Assembly (NCBI GenBank): GCA_947168565.1
Contig: CAMVMM010000001.1
Location: forward strand, 3,939-67,938
Length of the DNA: 64,000 bases
From: an uncultured Clostridia bacterium
GTDB taxonomy: Bacteria; Bacillota; Clostridia; Christensenellales; CAG-138
Reading direction: 5' to 3'
Part shown: piece after piece, positions 12,982 to 23,082 of the stretch
Numbering within the stretch: the first letter of the stretch is position 1
Layout of the letters: every line of letters begins with the position of its first letter
The notes under the pieces: generated by a model
The model's database searches: none
Told to the model about the DNA's origin: nothing
Seen by the model: the letters and a program-made list of their open reading frames with translations, nothing else
Translations under genes and position numbers: made by a program

Positions 12982-13017
12982 GCGGAAAAGATACCGTCCA
13001 AATCAAGGTTTTAGGTG
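12982..13017. repeat. Intergenic motif copy 1 (GCGGAAAAGATACCGTCCAAATCAAGGTTTTAGGTG)
   Basis: 32 of 36 positions are identical to 18657-18692, and all four differences are transitions. A weaker relative lies at 53452-53479. Confidence 0.7.
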
Positions 13018-13055
13018 TATGATAGTATAAATCCGCGATACCGCAGCAGTGAGTA

Positions 13056-14072
13056 TTACTCGGAAATATAATGCCTGATCAGCTCGAACGTGTTCTTAAC
13101 GCCATCCACGTGCGATCTTTCATAGCCGTGCGAGGCATAGACGCCGGGGCCGATCAGCCCGTGACGCAGATCGTAGCCCGCATCGAGCGCCGCGTCCGCA
13201 TCGGAGCCGTAGAAGGGGTAAACGTCCAGCGCATAGTCAAGCTCATGCTTTTTGGCAATCGTCACCAGCCTGTCGGTCAATTCATAGTTGTAGGGGCCGT
13301 GGGAATCCTTAACGCAGATGGAAACCTGATGCTCCTTGCACTCAAGCCCTTCGCCAACGCAGCCCATATCCACGCTGATGATCTCCTCCGCATCCTCCGG
13401 AATGCCGCTGGAGCAGCCGTGGCCGACCTCCTCAAACACGGTCATGTAGACGTATACCTTGCGGGCGGGCTTTATATCGCCGCGGGAGATCGCGCGGGCA
13501 AGCTCAAGCAGGATCGCCGCGCTGAGCTTATCATCCAAAAAGCGGCTCTTGATATAGCCGGACGCGGTAACGGTGGTGCGCGGATCGAAGCACACGTAGT
13601 CGCCGGTGGCAACGCCGAGCGCCTTGGTATCCTCCGCGGAGAACACCTTTTCATCGAGCACAAGCTCCATGCCGTCCCAATCGCGCTTCTGCTCGCTGTA
13701 TTTGCCGTTTACGTGAACGGATGGATCGTTCATCTGAAAGCAGCCGTCATAGATCCTGCCGTCCCTCGTGTAGACCCTCGCATTCTCGGTTTCGGCGTTA
13801 TTTGCGTTCATGCCGCCGATCCTCGTGAGCTTCAGCCTGCCGTTGCTCTTAACGCCGGCAACCATGCAGCCGAGCGTGTCTATATGAGCGGAAAAAACTG
13901 TGGGCGAACCCTCTCCGCCAAGGCAGCAGAGCACGCAGCCCTTGCGCGTCATTTCGGGCATGAAGCCGAGCGATTTCAGCTCATCCATGATGTATTCAGC
14001 AGCCTTTTTGGTGAAGCCGCTCGGGCTGTCGATCGCCATAAGCTTTTTAAGAGTGTTGATAGTGTATTCCAT
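13056..14072 (-). CDS. M42 family metallo-aminopeptidase (FrvX/PepA-like)
   Basis: 338 aa with the M42 pattern (IDSPSGF..., SAHIDTLG, DDKLSAA, FEEVGHG, GPGVYASHGYERSH). Confidence 0.85.
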   Translation of the reverse strand: MEYTINTLKKLMAIDSPSGFTKKAAEYIMDELKSLGFMPEMTRKGCVLCCLGGEGSPTVFSAHIDTLGCMVAGVKSNGRLKLTRIGGMNANNAETENARVYTRDGRIYDGCFQMNDPSVHVNGKYSEQKRDWDGMELVLDEKVFSAEDTKALGVATGDYVCFDPRTTVTASGYIKSRFLDDKLSAAILLELARAISRGDIKPARKVYVYMTVFEEVGHGCSSGIPEDAEEIISVDMGCVGEGLECKEHQVSICVKDSHGPYNYELTDRLVTIAKKHELDYALDVYPFYGSDADAALDAGYDLRHGLIGPGVYASHGYERSHVDGVKNTFELIRHYISE

Positions 14073-14148
14073 TTTATATCTCCTTACAAAATAATATACG
14101 GTTTGATCCTTGTCCGAATTATTGAAAGAATAATCGGAGAGTGAACGA

Positions 14149-15927
<1,779 letters not shown>

Positions 15928-15940
15928 AGGTATTACCCGC

Positions 15941-16216
15941 TTATTTATTATCGGTTTCAGCGCCGGAGCTGCTTTCCGCGCTTTCGGCTCTTTCCATGCC
16001 TTCGGACTTTACAGAATTTGCCGACCTTTCCGAAGCTTCCGCACCTTCCGTATTCTCCGCTTCATGCATACGCTTGACAACGCCGAGCAGCACGAACGCA
16101 GCGGCGAACATCAGAATCGGTATGATAACGTGTATCTTCAAAACCCAGATAAGGCACAGCAGTATGAATGCGCCAAGGGTCAGCGCAATGGCGAGATAGC
16201 TTAAAAACTTTTTCAT
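15941..16216 (-). CDS. Small two-TM membrane protein with an acidic Ser/Glu-rich tail (hypothetical)
   Basis: 91 aa. It ends 13 nt upstream of the ABC exporter start on the same strand. I recognise no family. Confidence 0.45.
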   Translation of the reverse strand: MKKFLSYLAIALTLGAFILLCLIWVLKIHVIIPILMFAAAFVLLGVVKRMHEAENTEGAEASERSANSVKSEGMERAESAESSSGAETDNK

Positions 16217-16370
16217 AAGACCTCATAACCGGTTGCAATTATTTTGATCTAATTCTACCATAATCTCCGGAGCATTTCAATCAAAAACGGAAAAGAAAGG
16301 CTCGCTTTCACAAATATAAACCTGCATCTGCGTATTTAGTGCCATATTTCAAAATGAGAACGCTAAATCA

Positions 16371-16402
16371 AAATAAAACGCGCCCCGCACAGGCAGGGCG
16401 CG
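16371..16402 (-). terminator. Intrinsic terminator of gap
   Basis: On the minus strand: CGCGCCC-(10 nt loop)-GGGCGCG followed by TTTTATTT. Confidence 0.7.
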
Positions 16403-16428
16403 AAACACTAACCGTTTGATGCTCCTTA

Positions 16429-17460
16429 TCAGTCAAGCTCTGCGAAGTACTTGATGGTGCGCACCATCTGGGTGGTGTAGCTGTTTTCGTTGTCGTACCA
16501 GGAAACGACCTGCACCTGGGTATCGCCGTTGGGAAGGGGCAGAACCATGGTCTGGGTTGCATCGAAAAGGGAGCCGTAGTACATGCCGATAACGTCGGAG
16601 GAAACGATCTCGTCGGTGTTGTAGCCGAAGGACTCGTTTGCCTGCTCCTTCATAGCCTCGTTGATCTGATCAACGGTAACGCTGCCCTTAACAACGGCAT
16701 TGAGCATTGTGGAGGAGCCGGTGGGAGTGGGAACGCGCTGAGCGGCGCCGATGAGCTTGCCGGAGAGCTCGGGGATAACAAGACCGATCGCCTTCGCGGC
16801 ACCGGTGGAGTTGGGAACGATGTTCAGTGCGCAGGCACGGCTGCGGCGGAGGTCGCCCTTCTTCTGGGGGCCGTCGAGGGGCATCTGATCGCCGGTGTAG
16901 GCATGAATGGTGCACATGATGCCGCTCTGGATGGGAGCCAGATCATTGAGCGCCTTCGCCATGGGAGCAAGGCAGTTGGTGGTGCAGCTCGCGGCGGAGA
17001 TAATGTTGTCCTCGGGCTTGAGGGTCTTGTGGTTTACATTGTAAACGATGGTGGGCAGATCGTTGCCTGCGGGAGCGGAGATAACGACCTTGCGGGCGCC
17101 GGCGTCGATATGCGCCTTTGCCTTTTCCTTGCTGGTGTAGAAGCCGGTGCACTCAAGCACAACGTCAACGCCGAGCTTGCCCCAGGGCAGATCGGCAGCG
17201 TTGGGCATCTTGTAGATAACGATCTTTTTGCCATCCACAACGATGTAGTTATCCTCGCCCTCGCCCTCGTGGTAATCCACGGCGTGGTTACCGAAAGCGG
17301 CCCAGTTGCCCTGAGTGGAGTCGTACTTGAGAAGATGAGCAAGCATTTTAGCGGAGGTGAGATCGTTGATAGCCACGACCTCATAGCCCTCCGAAACGAA
17401 CATCTGACGGAAAGCCAAACGGCCGATACGACCGAAACCATTGATTGCAACTCTAACCAT
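16429..17460 (-). CDS. gap: Glyceraldehyde-3-phosphate dehydrogenase
   Basis: Starts [14 protein letters not shown] at ATG 17460, 9 nt after GGAGG. The active site is [12 protein letters not shown]. Confidence 0.95.
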   Translation of the reverse strand: MVRVAINGFGRIGRLAFRQMFVSEGYEVVAINDLTSAKMLAHLLKYDSTQGNWAAFGNHAVDYHEGEGEDNYIVVDGKKIVIYKMPNAADLPWGKLGVDVVLECTGFYTSKEKAKAHIDAGARKVVISAPAGNDLPTIVYNVNHKTLKPEDNIISAASCTTNCLAPMAKALNDLAPIQSGIMCTIHAYTGDQMPLDGPQKKGDLRRSRACALNIVPNSTGAAKAIGLVIPELSGKLIGAAQRVPTPTGSSTMLNAVVKGSVTVDQINEAMKEQANESFGYNTDEIVSSDVIGMYYGSLFDATQTMVLPLPNGDTQVQVVSWYDNENSYTTQMVRTIKYFAELD

Positions 17461-17580
17461 GTGTAATTTCCTCCAAATATTGTGTTTGGTTGTTTTGTGA
17501 ACAGGCACACCTGTCCCTTTAAATTATTATAGCGTTATTTTATGAAAAATCAACCGTTTATTTTGGATATTTTTCATGTT

Positions 17581-18513
17581 TTATTCAAGATTGAGCTCCT
17601 CCGCAACTATATAGAGCGGACGGTTCTTGAGCTCGTCGTACATTCTGTTCATATAGGCGCCCTGAATGCCGAGGAACACGAAGCCGATGCCCATCAATAG
17701 CGCAAGACCGAAGAACATCCAGAGCAGGCCCGATACCTTTACGGAGAATATGGCAAGGATGATGAAGATAAAGAACGCGAGGAGGCTCACAGCGGAAAGC
17801 CCTGCGCCGAAGTAGCCGCAAAGCGTGAGCGGACGGTCGGAAAAGCCGATAATGCCGTCCATTGCAAGCTTGAGCATCTTTTTAAGGGTGTACTTGGTTT
17901 TTCCGGCGTAGCGCTCGTTGCGCACGAATTCTATCGGCACCGATTCAAAGCCCATCCATGCGCTCATTCCGCGCAAAAAGCGGTTATGCTCGCGCATTTT
18001 AAGGAACACGTCCGCAACTCGGCGGTCGATCAATCGGAAGTCGCCCGTGTCGAGCGGGATCTCTGCGGCGCTCATCGCCTTCAGAACTCTGTAATAGCAG
18101 GCGGCGGTAAACTTTTTAAAGAAGGTCTCGCCCTGGCGCTTCACGCGCTTGCCGTAGGCTATATCGGCGCCGTTTTCCCACGCCTTGACCATATCCTCTA
18201 TCACCTCCGGCGGATCCTGAAGGTCAACGTCGATGATGATGAGCGCATCGCCCTGCGCCGCGTCCATGCCGCAGGTTACGGCGAGCTGATGCCCGAAGTT
18301 GCGGCTGAAGGAGCGCACCTTGACGTAGGGGTGCTCCTTGGCTATCCTGCGAAGGATCTTCATTGAACCGTCGCGGCTGCCATCGTTTACGTAGATTATT
18401 TCATAGTCGTAGCCGATGTTGCGCATTACCTCGTCCATGCGGCGAAAAGAGGTTTCAAGCACCTCCTCCTCGTTGTAGACGGGAACTATAAGCGAAAGCA
18501 TTGCGTTTTGCAT
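17581..18513 (-). CDS. Polyprenyl-phosphate glycosyltransferase, GT2 (GtrB/ArnC/DPM1-like)
   Basis: Has a GT-A N-domain (IVPVYNEE, YVNDGSRDGS, IIIDVDLQDPP) and two C-terminal TM helices. Confidence 0.88.
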   Translation of the reverse strand: MQNAMLSLIVPVYNEEEVLETSFRRMDEVMRNIGYDYEIIYVNDGSRDGSMKILRRIAKEHPYVKVRSFSRNFGHQLAVTCGMDAAQGDALIIIDVDLQDPPEVIEDMVKAWENGADIAYGKRVKRQGETFFKKFTAACYYRVLKAMSAAEIPLDTGDFRLIDRRVADVFLKMREHNRFLRGMSAWMGFESVPIEFVRNERYAGKTKYTLKKMLKLAMDGIIGFSDRPLTLCGYFGAGLSAVSLLAFFIFIILAIFSVKVSGLLWMFFGLALLMGIGFVFLGIQGAYMNRMYDELKNRPLYIVAEELNLE

Positions 18514-18555
18514 AAAAACTCCTTTTTTGTTTATGCGGTCTAGCCGCTTTTCTTA

Positions 18556-18584
18556 ATTATAGTCCATTTTTATTATTATTTCAA
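18556..18584 (-). promoter_or_regulatory. Sigma70-type promoter TTGAAA-17-TATAAT for the GT2 gene
   Basis: On the minus strand the -35 is at 18579-18584 and the -10 at 18556-18561. Confidence 0.6.
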
Positions 18585-18656
18585 GCATTCCTTTCATCGA
18601 CTTTTGAGATTATACTATCCTGCATCCGATTCGCCGCGAGGGGGCGGGCAGAGGCT

Positions 18657-18692
18657 GCGGAAAAGATGCCGTCCGAATCAAGGCTTCAGGTG
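18657..18692. repeat. Intergenic motif copy 2 (GCGGAAAAGATGCCGTCCGAATCAAGGCTTCAGGTG)
   Basis: 32 of 36 positions are identical to 12982-13017. It shares the blocks GTCCGAATCA and CAGGTGCGGG with 53452-53479. Confidence 0.7.
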
Positions 18693-18744
18693 CGGGACGG
18701 TATTACCGCTGGGTTTACGAAAAAACACACAAAAAGCGGGATAT

Positions 18745-18775
18745 ATAAAAAGACGGGCATAGTGCTGCCCGCCTC
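18745..18775 (-). terminator. Intrinsic terminator after rfbB
   Basis: The minus strand reads GGCGGGCA-GCACTA-TGCCCGTC followed by TTTTTATATAT. Confidence 0.6.
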
Positions 18776-18799
18776 TTCTGTGCTCGAAATCATGATGGC

Positions 18800-19819
18800 T
18801 CAGCGTTTACCGTACATTTTTTCATAGTAGTTACGGTAATCGCCGCTGACTATCTCCTCCCACCAATCGCGGTTGTCAAGATACCATTGAATGGTTTTCT
18901 TGATACCGTCCGCAAATTTGGTTTTGGGAAGCCAGCCAAGCTCATCGTGTATCTTGGTGGGGTCTATCGCATAGCGCATATCGTGCCCCTTGCGGTCGGT
19001 AACGTGGGTTATCAGGGATTCGGGCTTATCAAGCTCCTTGCAGATGAGCTTTACGATGTCTATATTGCGCATCTCGTTGTGACCGCCGACGTTGTATACC
19101 TCGCCCACCTTGCCCTTGTGGATGATGAGGTCGATCGCGCTGCAGTGATCCTCCACGTACAGCCAATCGCGGACGTTTATACCCTCGCCGTACACGGGCA
19201 GCGCCTTATCATTCAGGCAATTTGCGATCATGAGCGGGATAAGTTTCTCCGGAAAATGGTAGGGGCCGTAGTTGTTTGAGCAGCGGCTGATGGTGACCGG
19301 AAGCCCGTAGGTGCGGTAATATGCCATCACGAGCAGGTCGGCGGCAGCCTTGGACGCGCTGTAAGGGCTGGAGGTATGAAGCGGCGTTTCCTCGGTGAAG
19401 AAGAGCTCGGGCTTATCCAGCGGCAGATCTCCGTAGACCTCATCCGTTGAAACCTGATGGTAGCGCTTGATCCCGTATTTGCGGCAGGCGTCCATCAGGG
19501 TTGCCGTGCCGAAAATATTGGTTTGAAGAAATACGCCGGGATCCTCGATGCTTCTGTCCACGTGGCTTTCCGCAGCGAAATTCACGACTATATCCGGATG
19601 CTCCTCTTCAAACAGAGCGAACACGCCCTCCCTGTCGCAGATATCCAGCTTGACGAAGCGGAAATTCTTGTTGTCCATCACCGGCTTGAGGGTGCTGAGA
19701 TTGCCGGCATAGGTCAGCTTGTCAAGGCAAACGATCCTGTAATCGGGATGCTGCTTGAGCATATAGAATATGAAATTGCTTCCGATAAATCCGGCGCCGC
19801 CGGTAACAAAGATATTCAT
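18800..19819 (-). CDS. rfbB: dTDP-glucose 4,6-dehydratase
   Basis: 339 aa. Motifs are GGAGFIGSNF, the YSASKAA catalytic triad region and the typical RmlB C-terminus. Confidence 0.95.
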   Translation of the reverse strand: MNIFVTGGAGFIGSNFIFYMLKQHPDYRIVCLDKLTYAGNLSTLKPVMDNKNFRFVKLDICDREGVFALFEEEHPDIVVNFAAESHVDRSIEDPGVFLQTNIFGTATLMDACRKYGIKRYHQVSTDEVYGDLPLDKPELFFTEETPLHTSSPYSASKAAADLLVMAYYRTYGLPVTISRCSNNYGPYHFPEKLIPLMIANCLNDKALPVYGEGINVRDWLYVEDHCSAIDLIIHKGKVGEVYNVGGHNEMRNIDIVKLICKELDKPESLITHVTDRKGHDMRYAIDPTKIHDELGWLPKTKFADGIKKTIQWYLDNRDWWEEIVSGDYRNYYEKMYGKR

Positions 19820-19829
19820 GCGTTTCTCC

Positions 19830-20714
19830 TCACTTTCTCATTCTGCCGTCCGCAACGGCCAAAAGATGCTTGCCGTAATTGGATTTGCCGTAAACCTTAG
19901 CCGCGTTGATAAGCTGCTCCTTGGTTATCATTTTATACCTGTAGGCAACCTCCTCGGGCGCAGCAACTATTATACCCTGCATATTCTGGATCATCTGGAT
20001 AAAGTTTGACGCCTGCATCAGGCTGTCCATCGTGCCGGTATCGAGCCAGGAAAAGCCGCGTCCCATTATATCGCAATCCAGCAGCCCTTTTTCAAGATAC
20101 ATGCAGTTCAGCGTGGTGATCTCAAGCTCTCCCCTTGCGGAGGGCTTCACCCGGTGGGCAAGCCCGCTGACTCCGGCAGGATAGAAATACAGGCCCGTGA
20201 CGGCATAATTGCTCTTGGGCGCAGAGGGCTTCTCCTCGATAGAGAGCACCTTGTATTCCTTATCAAACTCCACAACGCCGAAGCGCTCGGGATCGTCCAC
20301 GTAAAAGCCGAACACGCTCGCGCGCCCGTTTTCCGCGCGGGTCACGGCATGCTTGAGCATATTGCCAAGACCGTTGCCGTAAAAAATATTGTCGCCAAGT
20401 ATCATGGCGCAGGGCTCGCCTGCGATGAACTCCTCGCCGATGATAAAGGCCTGTGCAAGCCCGTCCGGACTCGGCTGAACGGCGTAGCTGAGGCTTATGC
20501 CAAACTGGCTGCCGTCGCCAAGCAGCGCCTTGAAGCGCGGCGTGTCCTCGGGAGTGGAGATGATAAGAATATCCCTGATGTCCGCAAGCATGAGCGTTGT
20601 CAGCGGATAGTAGATCATCGGCTTGTCGTAAACAGGCAAAAGCTGCTTGCTTGTGACCATGGTGAGCGGATAGAGCCGGGTTCCGGCTCCGCCGGCAAGA
20701 ATAATACCTTTCAT
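19830..20714 (-). CDS. rfbA: Glucose-1-phosphate thymidylyltransferase
   Basis: 294 aa. Starts [18 protein letters not shown], with [17 protein letters not shown]. Confidence 0.95.
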   Translation of the reverse strand: MKGIILAGGAGTRLYPLTMVTSKQLLPVYDKPMIYYPLTTLMLADIRDILIISTPEDTPRFKALLGDGSQFGISLSYAVQPSPDGLAQAFIIGEEFIAGEPCAMILGDNIFYGNGLGNMLKHAVTRAENGRASVFGFYVDDPERFGVVEFDKEYKVLSIEEKPSAPKSNYAVTGLYFYPAGVSGLAHRVKPSARGELEITTLNCMYLEKGLLDCDIMGRGFSWLDTGTMDSLMQASNFIQMIQNMQGIIVAAPEEVAYRYKMITKEQLINAAKVYGKSNYGKHLLAVADGRMRK

Positions 20715-20743
20715 GATATACCTCCAAATAAATAGTTAAACCA

Positions 20744-21871
20744 TCAGTCTTTTATACCGATCAAGCTGCAGAATGAGTTGAACTTATTATTAACAAACAG
20801 TTCGATGCGCGGATAAACCTTATCAAACGCTTTGAAAAACGGTTTTTCAATGAAGGCTTTTCTAAGATAATCAATAAGAGCGCAAACTATAAAAACAGCA
20901 ATCACACTTCCTATTGCATGAGGGATGGCATATGCGGTGGGATACACTTGAGCGTTTTTAAGCAGCGACCCCCAAAGCCAGCTTCTCATGTGGTCTCCGC
21001 TCGTGTGGATAAGAAAAACTCCGAACGTAAGCGAAGCCACGGTGTTGACGGCCTTGATGCTTTTAAGCTTGATATTCTTAAAGAACATGAAAACGAAAAC
21101 GCTCACAACAACCGGGAAGAATGAATTCGAGTCGTACGCAAAATAGTAAGGCGATACTCCGCGCTTCAAAGCATATACGGCAAGCGTTACCAGATAAAAC
21201 AGAATGACAGAACAAGCGGCAAGCGCGCCGGTGATCTTCAAGCTTGAAAACCATTTCTTAGGATAAAGCCTTATATACGCGGCGATAAGGTGAAGCACGA
21301 TAAACCAAACGGTATAGTTGAAGGTAACTCTTTTAAACGTGCCGAGAGCAACAAACAAAAACCCGCACAGAAGCAGCACTGTAAAATGAGCTTTTTCGGT
21401 TAAATTCCTAATGAAAGTATTCACGAAAGGAATGAACAGGTAATAAACGAGAAAGCCCGCGGTAAAGCCGGTGCTGACTTTTGAAACCGGTATCAAAGAA
21501 AGCAAAACGGATTTCAAGGAAAAAGACTGAACGCCGGCAGCCGCAAAAACAGCCATTATCGCCAGGCGATAAAACATAACCTCAAAAAGCAGCAGAAAAA
21601 ACTTCCTTGCGCTGATCTTCGCAGTGCACATAAAGTAAGCGCTCAGCAAAACAAAGCAGTTAATGATCGTTTTTCCAAAAAGACCAAACAGAAGGAAAAA
21701 GCCTCCCTTAAAGGAAACGGGGGAAGCGCCGATCAACTGAAGAACTCCGGAATTTACAACGTAATGATGAGCAATAATGAGTAAAGTTGCAAGAATGCGC
21801 AAAAGCTCCAAATTGGAGCTGCGTTCGCCTTTTTTAACGTTTAAGCCGTTTGCGGTCAAAGCTGTGCTCAT
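20744..21871 (-). CDS. Acyltransferase family 3 (AT3) integral membrane O-acyltransferase
   Basis: About 10 predicted TM segments and an N-terminal RILATLLIIAHH motif. The ATG at 21871 overlaps the aminotransferase stop (ATGA). Confidence 0.8.
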   Translation of the reverse strand: MSTALTANGLNVKKGERSSNLELLRILATLLIIAHHYVVNSGVLQLIGASPVSFKGGFFLLFGLFGKTIINCFVLLSAYFMCTAKISARKFFLLLFEVMFYRLAIMAVFAAAGVQSFSLKSVLLSLIPVSKVSTGFTAGFLVYYLFIPFVNTFIRNLTEKAHFTVLLLCGFLFVALGTFKRVTFNYTVWFIVLHLIAAYIRLYPKKWFSSLKITGALAACSVILFYLVTLAVYALKRGVSPYYFAYDSNSFFPVVVSVFVFMFFKNIKLKSIKAVNTVASLTFGVFLIHTSGDHMRSWLWGSLLKNAQVYPTAYAIPHAIGSVIAVFIVCALIDYLRKAFIEKPFFKAFDKVYPRIELFVNNKFNSFCSLIGIKD

Positions 21872-23010
21872 GCCGTAACCTCCCCGTTGATACCTGTTAT
21901 GACCGCGCATATCCTGTCCACATCGGATCTTGTCATATCGGCATAAAGCGGCAGCGTTAAAACACGGCTGCTTACGTCGAGCGCGACGGGCGTAAGACTT
22001 GTATCGTATTTTCCGTTGAATGCGGGGAATGCGCTCGTGAGAGGGTAAAAATACTTTCGCGCCATTATCCCGTGCTCTGCCAGTGCTTCAAGGACGGCAT
22101 CCCTGCCCGCGCCGAAAACCTTTTCATCGAAAACGACCGGATAGTAGGCGTAATTGCTTTTCACGTCGGGCTGAACGGGGTTGAGCCTTATGCCCTTTAT
22201 GCCGCCAAGCCTTTCGTTATAGTACTCCACTACCGCTTTTCGCTTTTCTATCTCCTCATCCACATGGCGCAGATTGCAGAGCCCCATCGCGGCGCAGAAT
22301 TCGTTCATTTTAGCGTTGGCGCCGCAATACTCCGCCTCATCCTTGGCCTTTATGCCGAAATTGCGCAGCGCAGGCAGGATCTCGCACAGCCGATCATCCG
22401 AAAAGCAGACGCAGCCGCCTTCGATGGTGTTGAAAACCTTGGTTGCATGAAAACTGAACATGGAGGCGTCGCCGAATGAGCCGACTCCGCGCCCCTTATA
22501 GGCTTCTCCGAAGGTGTGTGCGGCATCATAGATCACGGCAAGCCCGTGCTTTTTCGCAATGCGGTCTATCCGCTCAACGTCGCAGATGTTGCCGTAAACG
22601 TGCACGGGGATGATCGCGCTCGTGCGCTCGGTTATCAGCGATTCTATCCTGGATGCGTCGATGGTGTAGGTATTCGGGTCTATATCGCAAAATACGGGCG
22701 TAAGACCGTTTCTCACTATCGCGGTGGTGGTGGAGGCAAAGGTGAAGGGGGTCGTGATGACCTCGCCCGTCAGCCCCATAGCCTGAATCAGCAGCTCGAG
22801 CGCCATGTGGCCGTTCGTAAAAAGCTCCACGTGGGATACTCCGAGAAAGCTCTCAAGCTCACTTTGAAGCTGCCTGTGCTTAACGCCGGAATTTGTGAGC
22901 CAGCGGGTCTGCCAAAGCTCCCTTATCTCCTCGCAATACTCCTCGAAAGAGGGCATGGACGAACGGGTAACGTTGATGGGGTCAAACGCTTTTTTATTAA
23001 GATCTGACAT
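21868..23010 (-). CDS. DegT/DnrJ/EryC1/StrS family sugar aminotransferase (dTDP-4-keto-6-deoxyhexose aminotransferase-like)
   Basis: PLP-enzyme pattern (FASTTTAI, HVYG, ASMFSFHATKVFNTIEGG with the Lys). The start is probably the ATG at 23010. Confidence 0.88.
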   Translation of the reverse strand: MSDLNKKAFDPINVTRSSMPSFEEYCEEIRELWQTRWLTNSGVKHRQLQSELESFLGVSHVELFTNGHMALELLIQAMGLTGEVITTPFTFASTTTAIVRNGLTPVFCDIDPNTYTIDASRIESLITERTSAIIPVHVYGNICDVERIDRIAKKHGLAVIYDAAHTFGEAYKGRGVGSFGDASMFSFHATKVFNTIEGGCVCFSDDRLCEILPALRNFGIKAKDEAEYCGANAKMNEFCAAMGLCNLRHVDEEIEKRKAVVEYYNERLGGIKGIRLNPVQPDVKSNYAYYPVVFDEKVFGAGRDAVLEALAEHGIMARKYFYPLTSAFPAFNGKYDTSLTPVALDVSSRVLTLPLYADMTRSDVDRICAVITGINGEVTA

Positions 23011-23082
23011 GGTAACTCTCTTTCCGATGATGCCCTGCATCATCCCGAACTGAATGACCTATTCTTGAGATCAAACTGCGCG

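Noticed and set aside
12821-13006. 61-aa ORF in the A+T-rich region upstream of the lyase gene, considered as a possible leader peptide.
   Set aside because: It has no Shine-Dalgarno and its composition is low-complexity. It overlaps intergenic motif copy 1 and is unlike tnaC-type leader peptides.
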